From assembly GCA_004377365.1 (NCBI GenBank), contig SOHZ01000288.1, positions 1 through 49,384 on the forward strand: a stretch of 49,384 bases of DNA, written 5' to 3'. This DNA is from Anaerolineales bacterium. Its GTDB lineage: Bacteria; Chloroflexota; Anaerolineae; E26-bin7. Below, in pieces: positions 34,664-42,916 of this stretch (within the stretch, counting starts at the first letter, position 1; every line of letters starts with the position of its first letter). A program made the position numbers and the translations under genes. The notes beneath the pieces were generated by a model. The model was given only the letters and a program-made list of their open reading frames with translations. It was not told the origin of the DNA and searched no databases.

Positions 34664-36061
34664 TTATCCGCTTTCCCATTCCTCCCCAATTTCAGGGTAC
34701 TTGGAGAACTTTTTGCGGAAGATGGCCATGATCTCGTCAACGCGCTCTTGAGTCTTGGCTTCGAAGCGCAAGACCAGCACAGGGAGATTAGAGGAAGCAC
34801 GGACCAGTCCCCACCCATCGCCAAAATTGACCCTGGCTCCGTTAATATCGTTGACATCATATCCGTCTGCTTTAAACTCTTGGGTCAACTTGTCAACCAC
34901 ATCATATTTGACTTCATCTGCACAATCGGCCTGCAAAGCTGGAGTAGATACGTAGTACGGTGTGTTAGCAATCACTTCAGACATGGTGCCTGTTTGTTGT
35001 GAAAGGTATTCTGTCAGTTTCAGAGCGGCAAAGACGGAATCATCAAACCCATAGTAGTCAGGCTGGCTTACGAATATGTGGCCGCTCATCTCCCCTCCCA
35101 GCACCGCTTGCTCGTCCCGCACTTTTTGCTTGATGTAGGAGTGTCCTGTTTTCCACATAATGGGGATGCCACCGTGGGCCTCAATGTCTTCTGGCAGAGC
35201 CTGAGAACACTTTACGTCAAATACAATCTTCGATCCAGGATGCTTTTGCAGAGCTTGCCGCGAGAGCAGGATGAGGAAACGGTCGGGCCAGACAACCTGA
35301 CCCTGCTCATCAGTAATTCCCAGTCGGTCACCATCGCCGTCAATCGCCAGGCCGATGTCGGCTTCTGTTTCGACGACCTTCTGCCCTGTGTCTTCCATCA
35401 TTTCCACTAATGAGGGATTGGGGAAGTAAACGGGAAAGTCCCAATCCAGATTGCAGTACAGTTCGACCACCTCGCACCCTGCTTTACGCAAGATAGCTGG
35501 GACAAACGCGCCAGCGGTTCCATTTCCTGTGTTGACGACAACTTTCATAGGGCGTGCTATCTCGACGCGCTTTAACAGGTCCGCTGTATAGTGTTCTGTG
35601 AAATCATCGGCCTGAACCGTGCCCTTTCCAGACCCAAAATCCTCGCTGACGGTTAGCTCGTACAGTTCTTCCATTTCCTCTGGCCCAAACGTATAAGAAT
35701 ATCCAAGGGCCAGTTTCAACCCACTCCATCCACTGGGATTGTGGGAAGCCGTGAGCATGAGCCCGCCCTTGGTCTCGTAATGATACTGAGCCGAATACAT
35801 CAGCGGGGTCAAAATCATACCCAGGCTGATGGCGTTGACGCCCGTAGATACGAGCCCCTCAATCGCTGCTTGTGTGAGTCTCTCCGAAGATTTCCTGTAA
35901 TCGTGGCCAACTATTGCTGTCTTGATCTCCCGTTGCCGAAGCATCGTCCCGTATGCTTTAGCAAGGATTCTGATGGTATCCTCGTTCAACTCCTTGTCGT
36001 TCACCCTCCCGCGAAGGTCATATTCGCGGAACATAGTACGCTCCAGGTTTGCCATTGACAA
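34664..36061 (-). CDS. Phosphomannomutase/phosphoglucomutase (AlgC-like)
   Basis: FREYDLRG, TASHNP, DGDGDR, GEMSGH, VRASSN..LRFE. Confidence 0.93.
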   Translation of the reverse strand: MSMANLERTMFREYDLRGRVNDKELNEDTIRILAKAYGTMLRQREIKTAIVGHDYRKSSERLTQAAIEGLVSTGVNAISLGMILTPLMYSAQYHYETKGGLMLTASHNPSGWSGLKLALGYSYTFGPEEMEELYELTVSEDFGSGKGTVQADDFTEHYTADLLKRVEIARPMKVVVNTGNGTAGAFVPAILRKAGCEVVELYCNLDWDFPVYFPNPSLVEMMEDTGQKVVETEADIGLAIDGDGDRLGITDEQGQVVWPDRFLILLSRQALQKHPGSKIVFDVKCSQALPEDIEAHGGIPIMWKTGHSYIKQKVRDEQAVLGGEMSGHIFVSQPDYYGFDDSVFAALKLTEYLSQQTGTMSEVIANTPYYVSTPALQADCADEVKYDVVDKLTQEFKADGYDVNDINGARVNFGDGWGLVRASSNLPVLVLRFEAKTQERVDEIMAIFRKKFSKYPEIGEEWESG

Positions 36062-36076
36062 ACTCCTTTTAAAAGA

Positions 36077-36637
36077 TCAGATTCCCTTGCGTTGCTTTAG
36101 GATGATCTCCACCGCCTGAGCTAGGTCCTCCACAATGAAATCGGGCCGTGTCTTCCAGTTCTGACGCTCCTGTAGCGCTTTGCCGCCCCGGCCTGTTTTG
36201 ACCAGGAAGGTCGTGCAGCCCACGGCCGAACCAGCTTCAATGTCCGATATGGCATCGCCCACCATATAGCATCGAGTCAGGTCGAGGTCCCAGTCTGCCG
36301 CAGCCTTGAGCAACATTCCCGGCTTGGGCTTGCGACACTGACATCCGTCCTCAACCCGATGGGGACAGTGATATACCGCCGATATCTTCCTGCCAGCGAC
36401 GCTGGTTTGTGTAACCAGGCGGCGGTTGATCTCCTGCACCATCGCATCCGATACCAGCCCTTTGCCTATACAGGCTTGATTGCAAATCACGATGACAGGC
36501 CTGTTCTCTCTTAGCAATCGTTGGATGGCCTCGCGGGAGCCGGAGAGAAACTCGAACTCTTGCCAGTGCCTGACATAGTCGCCATCTATATTGCGGTTGA
36601 TTACACCGTCGCGATCCAAAAACACCGCGGTCTTCAT
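36077..36637 (-). CDS. gmhB: D-glycero-D-manno-heptose 1,7-bisphosphate phosphatase
   Basis: FLDRDGVIN, NQACIG, CPH...C.CRKPKPGM, MVGD..SD. Confidence 0.85.
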   Translation of the reverse strand: MKTAVFLDRDGVINRNIDGDYVRHWQEFEFLSGSREAIQRLLRENRPVIVICNQACIGKGLVSDAMVQEINRRLVTQTSVAGRKISAVYHCPHRVEDGCQCRKPKPGMLLKAAADWDLDLTRCYMVGDAISDIEAGSAVGCTTFLVKTGRGGKALQERQNWKTRPDFIVEDLAQAVEIILKQRKGI

Positions 36638-36651
36638 ATTTTTGCTCGAAC

Positions 36652-36888
36652 CTATCCTGTCACCTGCTGGATGACATCGGCGATGGCCTGTGTTTCTCTC
36701 TCGATGACTTCCTGATCGTCTCCCTTGATCATCACTCGCGCTGGGTCCTGGGTGGCCGAATAGCGCAGCACGATGCGGTTAGCTTCGCCCAGCGCGACCC
36801 AGGCTTTGGCTACTTGAGCCTGGACTTTAGGGATTTCTTCGCCGCGGATGCTGTCGGTGCCGAAAAGCTTTTTCACCTCGACTGCCAT
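36652..36888 (-). pseudogene. glmM: Internally deleted phosphoglucosamine mutase remnant
   Basis: 78 aa: N-terminal KLFGTDSIRG fused in frame to C-terminal LGEANRIVLRYSATQDPARVMIKG. Confidence 0.75.
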
Positions 36889-36889
36889 G

Positions 36890-37297
36890 TCATTGCGCTC
36901 CCAGGTATTGTTCGACGAGTTCCAGAACCTCGGTCGCCAAAGCGATAGCTCCTTCGGCGTCCCGGTCATCATATACTTCGGCTGGCACGCCGCCAGGCAG
37001 CCCATTAGGGTATCGAGTGGGGATGTAGAAACGATCCAACTTGCCCACCTGCGAGGTCAGAGAGGCAAAAACTTCCTGGTGCTCTCCACAGCGTTCGCAC
37101 AACTCTATGACCGAGTGGCCAGTTACGAATCGCTCTCCCTGTCGAAAAAGAAAGGCTTTAAGGGCTTTCTCGGCACTCTGCTGGGCACTGAAGCAGGCGG
37201 TGGCATAGAATTGGCCCTCAGCGTTGTACTTGGCCACTTCAAGGTCGTATTGGGCTTGTTTAAGCCAACGCGCGGCTTCAGCTACTGGATCCTTCAT
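36890..37297 (-). CDS. HEPN domain protein
   Basis: RWLKQA.YDL, ACFSAQQSAEKALKA, GHSVIEL, YIPTRYP. Confidence 0.9.
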   Translation of the reverse strand: MKDPVAEAARWLKQAQYDLEVAKYNAEGQFYATACFSAQQSAEKALKAFLFRQGERFVTGHSVIELCERCGEHQEVFASLTSQVGKLDRFYIPTRYPNGLPGGVPAEVYDDRDAEGAIALATEVLELVEQYLGAQ

Positions 37298-37601
37298 AGA
37301 CGACGACGCCTTCCTTCAATACTATTTCAACGAAAGAGTTGCCTCGCTCTTGCATCTCCGTGAACTCTTGGGGAGTGTAGACCAACACGTCCAAGGCGAA
37401 ACGGGGTTGAACCAGTTCGTAGATAGTTTTCAACCGATCCAAGAAGCGCTCGTTTGTCTCTTTTATGATTACAATATCCAAATCGCTGTACTGGTCAGCA
37501 TTCCCTCTGGCTTGAGATCCAAAAAGAATGATTCGCTTAGGCTCATATTCCCTCAGAGCTGAGACGACTTGAGCGATTCGATCCTGCTGGGAAATCAACA
37601 T
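37278..37601 (-). CDS. Minimal nucleotidyltransferase (MNT)
   Basis: IILFGSQARG...SDLDIVII...DVLVYTPQEF. Confidence 0.9.
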   Translation of the reverse strand: MLISQQDRIAQVVSALREYEPKRIILFGSQARGNADQYSDLDIVIIKETNERFLDRLKTIYELVQPRFALDVLVYTPQEFTEMQERGNSFVEIVLKEGVVVYEGSSS

Positions 37602-37602
37602 A

Positions 37603-38583
37603 CTATACCTTAGCCTTTACACTGTCCTTCTGCAAGGCTTTCACATCAGCGTCCACCATCATGTGAATCAGTTCCTCGAAGGAGACCCTGGGCTCCCAGC
37701 CCAGTACCTTTCTGGCCTTGCTGGCATCGCCGATCAACTGATCTACCTCGGCCGGGCGGTAGAATTTGGGATCGCAGACCACATACTTTCGATAGTCGAG
37801 GCCCAGGTACCCGAAAGCCACCTCGCATAGCTCTCGCACCGAGTGCGTCTCGCCGGTGGCTATAACATAGTCATCGGGTTCGTCCTGCTGGAGCATGAGC
37901 CACATGGCCTCGACGTAATCGCAGGCGTAGCCCCAGTCCCGTTGGGCTTCCAGATTGCCCAGCGTCAGTTCATCGGCCAGGCCCAGCTTGATCTTGGCCG
38001 CGCTGTGGGTCACTTTGTGGGTAACGAACTCGAGGCCACGGCGAGGACTCTCGTGGTTGAACAGGATGCCCGAGCAGGCGAACAGGCCGTAGCTCTCCCG
38101 GTAGTTGACGGTCATCCAGTGGCCATAGACCTTGGCTGCGCCGTAAGGACTACGGGGGTGGAAAGGGGTGTTCTCGTTCTGGGGTACCTCTCGAACTTTA
38201 CCAAACATCTCCGAGGAGCTGGCCTGATAGAAGCGGATGTTGTGATCCACCAGCCGGATAGCATCCAGCACCCGGGTCACCCCTAGGGCGGTGAATTCCC
38301 CGGTCAAGACCGGCTGCTCAAAAGAAGTGGGCACGAAGGACTGGGCAGCCAGGTTGTAGACCTCATCAGGGTGGTGCTTCTGAAGGATGGCGATGAGGGA
38401 GACCTGATCCAGTAGATCACCCTGTACCAACTCGATATCATTTTGAATGTGGGTGATACGGTCAAAACCTACGGTGCTGGTGCGGCGCACCATACCCAGA
38501 ACCTTGTATCCCTTCCCTAGCAAGAACTCAGCCAGGTATGAACCGTCTTGACCGGTGACGCCAGTGATCAAAGCTTTTCTCAT
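37603..38583 (-). CDS. gmd: GDP-mannose 4,6-dehydratase
   Basis: [55 protein letters not shown]. Confidence 0.95.
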   Translation of the reverse strand: MRKALITGVTGQDGSYLAEFLLGKGYKVLGMVRRTSTVGFDRITHIQNDIELVQGDLLDQVSLIAILQKHHPDEVYNLAAQSFVPTSFEQPVLTGEFTALGVTRVLDAIRLVDHNIRFYQASSSEMFGKVREVPQNENTPFHPRSPYGAAKVYGHWMTVNYRESYGLFACSGILFNHESPRRGLEFVTHKVTHSAAKIKLGLADELTLGNLEAQRDWGYACDYVEAMWLMLQQDEPDDYVIATGETHSVRELCEVAFGYLGLDYRKYVVCDPKFYRPAEVDQLIGDASKARKVLGWEPRVSFEELIHMMVDADVKALQKDSVKAKV

Positions 38584-38602
38584 TACCTTTATCTCTTATC
38601 CT

Positions 38603-39562
38603 TTATTCCTTATCCCTTACGCTCTCTCGCCAATAGTCCAGCACGTTTTGTAAACTCTTCTCGAAGGGAATGGTCACCCGCCAACCTGTGCGAGCCCGCA
38701 ACTTGGAGCAGTCGCTGACCATAACCGGTACATCGGCCGGGCGCAGGCGGGCCGGGTCTTGCTCGACCTGGATGGACACGGAAGCCATTGACAGCAGACC
38801 GTCTAACAATTCGCCAATAGAGTGCGTCTGCTCTGAGCCCAGATTATAGACCTCCCCTGGCTCCCCTTCGGTAAGAGCTGCATGGTATCCCCGCACCACA
38901 TCGCGCACATCGCTGAAGTCACGCTGGGGTTCCAGGTTACCGACCTGGATGACGGGCTCTTTCAAACCCGCTTCGGCTTTGGCTATTTGCCTGGCAAAGT
39001 CGGGGGCCACGAAGCCCAACCTCTGGCGAGGGCCAATGTGGTTGAAGGGCCGCACCCGCACGGTGAACAACTTGTGGCTCAAGTGATATTGCAGTCCCAG
39101 CATATCCTGGGCCACTTTGCTCACCGCGTAGGGACTGGTGGGGCGTAAGGGATTCGTCTCTTTGATTGGCAATTCGTCAGGTTGCACCAGACCATACTCT
39201 TCACTGGAGCCGACCACCAGTATCTTGGCCGTCGAGCCCAGCCTGGCAACAGCCTCCAGGATATTGAGCTGGAGACGGATGTTATTGGCCAGGGTCGCCC
39301 AGGGGTCGCGTCGTGAGAGGGAGACAAGAGGCTGGGCAGCCAGGTGAAAGATATAATCCGGCTTCACTCGCTCTATGATTGAGGTCACTGTTTTCAGTTC
39401 TGAAAGCTCTGCTGGGTAGAGCTCCAGTCTGTCTTGCAAGTGCTCGATGTTGTCTTCAGGGCCGTAGACAGTACCAGCCACCTGCCAGTCGGTATGCTCA
39501 AGAAGATATTCGGCCAAGTGGCTGCCGACGAAACCGGAGATGCCCGTGATCAATGCCTGCAA
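38603..39562 (-). CDS. GDP-4-keto-6-deoxy-sugar reductase (Rmd-like extended SDR)
   Basis: ITGISGFVGSHL, GSSEEYG, SPYAVSK, RPFNHIGPRQ, RDFSDVRDVVRGY; adjacent to gmd. Confidence 0.75.
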   Translation of the reverse strand: MQALITGISGFVGSHLAEYLLEHTDWQVAGTVYGPEDNIEHLQDRLELYPAELSELKTVTSIIERVKPDYIFHLAAQPLVSLSRRDPWATLANNIRLQLNILEAVARLGSTAKILVVGSSEEYGLVQPDELPIKETNPLRPTSPYAVSKVAQDMLGLQYHLSHKLFTVRVRPFNHIGPRQRLGFVAPDFARQIAKAEAGLKEPVIQVGNLEPQRDFSDVRDVVRGYHAALTEGEPGEVYNLGSEQTHSIGELLDGLLSMASVSIQVEQDPARLRPADVPVMVSDCSKLRARTGWRVTIPFEKSLQNVLDYWRESVRDKE

Positions 39563-39630
39563 GTTGCCCCCTTGTCACTCGTTATTCATTGCTCATTACT
39601 TGCTGGCTAGGTGTTCAATCTTGGTGTCCT

Positions 39631-39659
39631 ATTATACCCCACTTTGTTTATCATCGCAA
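39631..39659 (-). promoter_or_regulatory. Promoter of the leftward glycosylation operon
   Basis: Minus strand TTGCGA-17-TATAAT. Confidence 0.7.
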
Positions 39660-39686
39660 GGATACCCTTGCCGTAACTTCACCCAC

Positions 39687-39715
39687 TTGCCAGCAGGCTA
39701 TCCCTGTGGTATCAT
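39687..39715 (+). promoter_or_regulatory. Divergent promoter of the DUF2723 gene
   Basis: TTGCCA-17-TATCAT with extended -10 TG. Confidence 0.65.
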
Positions 39716-39735
39716 TGGTGCAGGCACAAAATACA

Positions 39736-41757
39736 ATGACCAACTTCCAAATTCCAATCTCTATGAAAGAACTCTTACCCAGACGCAAAGTTTTTCTTCT
39801 AAGGGCTATCGTTTTCGTTGGCGCTCTGGCCCTCTATTGGCGTACCCTGGCCCCTTCAGTGGCCACCGTCTTTGACGACAGCCTGGAATTTCAACTCGTT
39901 TGCCCCACACTGGGCATAGCTCACCCCACCGGCTATCCTCTCTACACTCTCTTGGGCAAATTCTTCACTTTGATCCCCATCGGCGACGCTGCCTATCGGG
40001 TGAACTTGATGTCAGCTTTCTTCGCGGCCTTGACTGTGGTTTTCACTTACCTCCTCGTCCGTATGCTCACCGACAATTCTCTCTCAGCCTTTTTTGCCTC
40101 CTTAGCCGTTGCCGTCTCCCCCGTTTTCTGGTCACAGGCGGTCATTGCAGAGGTGTATTCTCTGAATGCTTTCTTTACCGCTCTGGTGGTCTATTTGCTT
40201 CTCAGATGGGAGGCGAACCGCAGACAGCGGCCAACAGTATGGCAGGTTTCCATACCTGCCATACCCAATAACTTATTGCTGGCTGCTTTCGTCTACGGCT
40301 TGAGCCTGACCCATCATCGCCTGATGCTGTTCCTGGCTCCGGCCATGGCCCTTTTCGCCTGGTTGACGGAACGCCCCCTCCGCTCGTGGCGGATTTGCAA
40401 TCCGCCACCCCTCAAGCTCGCCTCGAGGCTCTTCCTCCTTTTCCTGGCTCCCCTTATGCTCTACGCCTATATCCCTCTTCGGGGCCTGCACATTTCTTCC
40501 CTGGACGGCACTTACCAGAATACCTGGAGCGGCTTCCTTCACCATGTCACAGCCAGCGGGTACAACGTTTTTATCACTGGAAACCCCCTGGCCCAAAGTC
40601 GTCCCTTGAGCTTTTACTGGCAACTGTTGGTCAGCCAATTTGGGCTGGTGGGGATTGCCCTGGGCCTGGTGGGTTTCCTCGCCTCAATGAGGAGGCCCAG
40701 ACCCTCAACCCTGCTGGGGGTGGCCTTCGCCCTCAACGCCGCCTTCGTCCTGACCTATCGCGTGGCAGATATTGAGGTCTTTGCCATCCCGACCTTCTTG
40801 CTATACGCTATCTGGATTGGGATCGGAGTGGACTTTCTGGGGGGAATCCTTGCGAAGGTTTGGAAGCGGCTTTCAAGCCCCAAACGCCTTCGCTCACCGA
40901 GAATCGTCCTGTTGCCAGGGCTATTCGCAACCTTCGCAAGGGTGGCTGAACGTTTGCCCGACGCGAAGGCACTTGCCTCCTGCCGTTTGCTACTTGTCAC
41001 TCTGCTTCTCCTTCAACCACTAGCCCTCCTCAGAGACAATTATCCTGAGCTCGACCTGAGCCAACGTTGGGCGGTTCATGATTATGGTGTTGACATGCTG
41101 AGCCAACCCCTGGAAGACAATGCCGTCGTCATTGGCATCCTGGGCGAGATGACCCTCCTGAGATACTTTCAGCGAACGGAGGACCTGCGTCCCGAGGTCG
41201 TCACCATTGTCGCCGATCGCGATGAGGAACGCCTGGCTGCCATCGAGGGTGCCCTGGATGCCGACCATGCCGTCTACGTGACCCGTCTCATTCATGGCCT
41301 GCCCGAGCGCTACAGCTTATCGGCTTTGGGCCCCTTGATTAGAGTGAGGGATGCACCGGTCACTGCTATCCCTACCCCTCAGCATCCGCTGGCCATTGAC
41401 CTGACCGATTCGCTGCGCCTGCTCGGCTATGACGCGGCTGTTATGTCACCTCACCAGCAAACCACAGTGCGCCTCACCCTGCACTGGCAAGTTATTGCTA
41501 CAGTAGGTGCCGACTACAAGGTCTCGGCCCGTCTCTTGGACGTAGAGGGAAATCAGGTGGCTCAGATTGACGACGTGCCTGTCCACAGCACCTATCCTAC
41601 CAGCCGCTGGAAAGCGGGCGAAACCCTCGCCGATGTCTACGACCTGACTGTCCCGTCTGACACGCCATCCGGTCAGTACCGCCTGCTGGTTATCTTATAT
41701 GAGCCGGATACCCTGGCCGAAGTGGGACGGGCAGAATTGGGAACAGTCCAGTTGTAA
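39736..41757 (+). CDS. DUF2723 (TMEM260-like) GT-C glycosyltransferase with one C-terminal beta-domain
   Basis: TLAPSV..DDSLEFQ, GIAHPTGYPLY, RVNLMSA, WSQAVIAEVY, LTHH; start 39736 or 39763, downstream of the promoter. Confidence 0.85.
   Translation: MTNFQIPISMKELLPRRKVFLLRAIVFVGALALYWRTLAPSVATVFDDSLEFQLVCPTLGIAHPTGYPLYTLLGKFFTLIPIGDAAYRVNLMSAFFAALTVVFTYLLVRMLTDNSLSAFFASLAVAVSPVFWSQAVIAEVYSLNAFFTALVVYLLLRWEANRRQRPTVWQVSIPAIPNNLLLAAFVYGLSLTHHRLMLFLAPAMALFAWLTERPLRSWRICNPPPLKLASRLFLLFLAPLMLYAYIPLRGLHISSLDGTYQNTWSGFLHHVTASGYNVFITGNPLAQSRPLSFYWQLLVSQFGLVGIALGLVGFLASMRRPRPSTLLGVAFALNAAFVLTYRVADIEVFAIPTFLLYAIWIGIGVDFLGGILAKVWKRLSSPKRLRSPRIVLLPGLFATFARVAERLPDAKALASCRLLLVTLLLLQPLALLRDNYPELDLSQRWAVHDYGVDMLSQPLEDNAVVIGILGEMTLLRYFQRTEDLRPEVVTIVADRDEERLAAIEGALDADHAVYVTRLIHGLPERYSLSALGPLIRVRDAPVTAIPTPQHPLAIDLTDSLRLLGYDAAVMSPHQQTTVRLTLHWQVIATVGADYKVSARLLDVEGNQVAQIDDVPVHSTYPTSRWKAGETLADVYDLTVPSDTPSGQYRLLVILYEPDTLAEVGRAELGTVQL
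40237..40264. repeat. REP-type hairpin in frame (VWQVSIPAIP)
   Basis: GTATGGCAGGT-TTCCAT-ACCTGCCATAC, perfect 11-bp stem. Confidence 0.8.
40386..40408. repeat. REP-type hairpin in frame (WRICNPP)
   Basis: GTGGCGGATT-TGC-AATCCGCCAC, perfect 10-bp stem. Confidence 0.8.
40848..40941. repeat. 94-bp element with 13-bp terminal inverted repeats within the CDS
   Basis: CCTTGCGAAGGTT (40848-60) ... AACCTTCGCAAGG (40929-41). Confidence 0.65.
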
Positions 41758-41814
41758 AGCCCAGGTGCGACGTACTTCAATAAGTGCGAAAAAAAGCCTG
41801 AGCATGGCAGTCAG

Positions 41815-41843
41815 TTGTGCTTGATAGCGGTCTGTGGTATAAT
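41815..41843 (+). promoter_or_regulatory. dinJ-yafQ promoter
   Basis: TTGTGC-17-TATAAT with extended TG; GGAGGTG RBS. Confidence 0.65.
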
Positions 41844-41887
41844 GTACGCACAACAGCAATACAAATTACAGTGGGAGGTGTTCTATT

Positions 41888-42148
41888 ATGCCCAAGACAG
41901 CGGTTATTTCAGCCAGGATTGACCCCGAGCTTAAGCGCGACGCGGAAGAGGTGTTCAGGGAACTGGGTCTAACTGCCACGCAGGCTATCACGTTATTCTA
42001 CAAGCAGGTAGAGCTTGAGCGAGGGCTACCCTTTGCCGTGCGGGTGCCCAACGACGTGACTGTGGAAGCGCTGGAGCAGGCAAGAACACGCCAGGGGCTT
42101 GAGAGTTTCAACACGCTTGACGATCTGTTCGAGGACTTGGGGATCTGA
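41888..42148 (+). CDS. dinJ: RelB/DinJ antitoxin
   Basis: ARIDPELK..AEEVF.ELGL...AITLFYKQV....GLPF...PN. Confidence 0.9.
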   Translation: MPKTAVISARIDPELKRDAEEVFRELGLTATQAITLFYKQVELERGLPFAVRVPNDVTVEALEQARTRQGLESFNTLDDLFEDLGI

Positions 42149-42417
42149 TGAGGACGATCAGGCGGACGTCGCAGTTCAAGCGGGACATCAAGCAAATGCA
42201 GCGGCAGGGCAAGGACTTGGGAAAACTGAAGAAGGTGCTTGAGAGCCTGGTGAAAGACGAGAAACTATCCCAGAAGTATCGTGATCACGTCTTGGTTGGG
42301 CAGTACAAGGGGACACGAGAGTGCCATATCGAGCCCGACTGGCTGCTGATCTATGAGTTGCCTAAGAGCGAGGTAGTGCTCATCAGAACAGGCTCACATT
42401 CAGATTTGTTCAGGTAG
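42148..42417 (+). CDS. yafQ: YafQ mRNA interferase toxin
   Basis: QFKRD.K, YRDH.L.G.YKG.RECHIEPDWLLIY, RTGSHSDLF. Confidence 0.92.
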   Translation: MRTIRRTSQFKRDIKQMQRQGKDLGKLKKVLESLVKDEKLSQKYRDHVLVGQYKGTRECHIEPDWLLIYELPKSEVVLIRTGSHSDLFR

Positions 42418-42556
42418 TACCACGGGGGGAGTCCTGTTGTCGCCATTGGGCGCAGGCTAGCACGCGGTTGGTGCGACCCGTCCGCTTGAAACTGGCAAAA
42501 GAGCCGGGGAAAAAGCGGGGAAGGGAGAGACACCGGCAAGTCTCGAACTTTTACAG

Positions 42557-42766
42557 GGGAGTCAGATAGCCCAGATTGACCACGTGCCTGTCCACAGCAC
42601 CTATCCTACCAGCCGCTGGAAAGCGGGCGAAACCATTACCGATGTCTGCGACCTGACTGTCCCGCCTGACACGCAATCCGGTCAGTACCGCCTGCTGGTT
42701 ATCCTATATCAGCCAGATACCCTGGCCGAAGTGGAGCGGGCAGAATTGGGAACAGTCCAGTTATAC
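42557..42766 (+). pseudogene. Duplicated 3' 210 bp of the DUF2723 gene (direct repeat of 41548..41757)
   Basis: Ungapped manual alignment, 19 mismatches in 210 nt. Confidence 0.9.
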
Positions 42767-42811
42767 ACTCATGACCTATCATAAGTGTCAGGCACCTTCC
42801 CATTAGAGCCG

Positions 42812-42832
42812 TTTTGTAGTATAATTACAAAA
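42812..42832 (+). promoter_or_regulatory. -10 box embedded in an inverted repeat upstream of dinG
   Basis: TTTTGTA-G-TATAAT-TACAAAA. Confidence 0.5.
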
Positions 42833-42916
42833 GTTCCCATTGAATTCATAGAAGCGCACCAGTTATTGGTTGAGGCAAAGCTCTTATAGAGCCCTCACCT
42901 CCTAGATCGGAACCCC

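Noticed and set aside
39553-39735. N-terminal extensions predicted by the ORF track (DUF2723; also polyprenyl synthase, xseB, rluD)
   Set aside because: They overlap promoters, repeats or neighbouring genes; downstream starts fit family lengths better
41548-42766. DGR variable/template repeat pair
   Set aside because: Only about 8 of 19 mismatches are at adenines of the downstream copy, and there is no reverse transcriptase in the window
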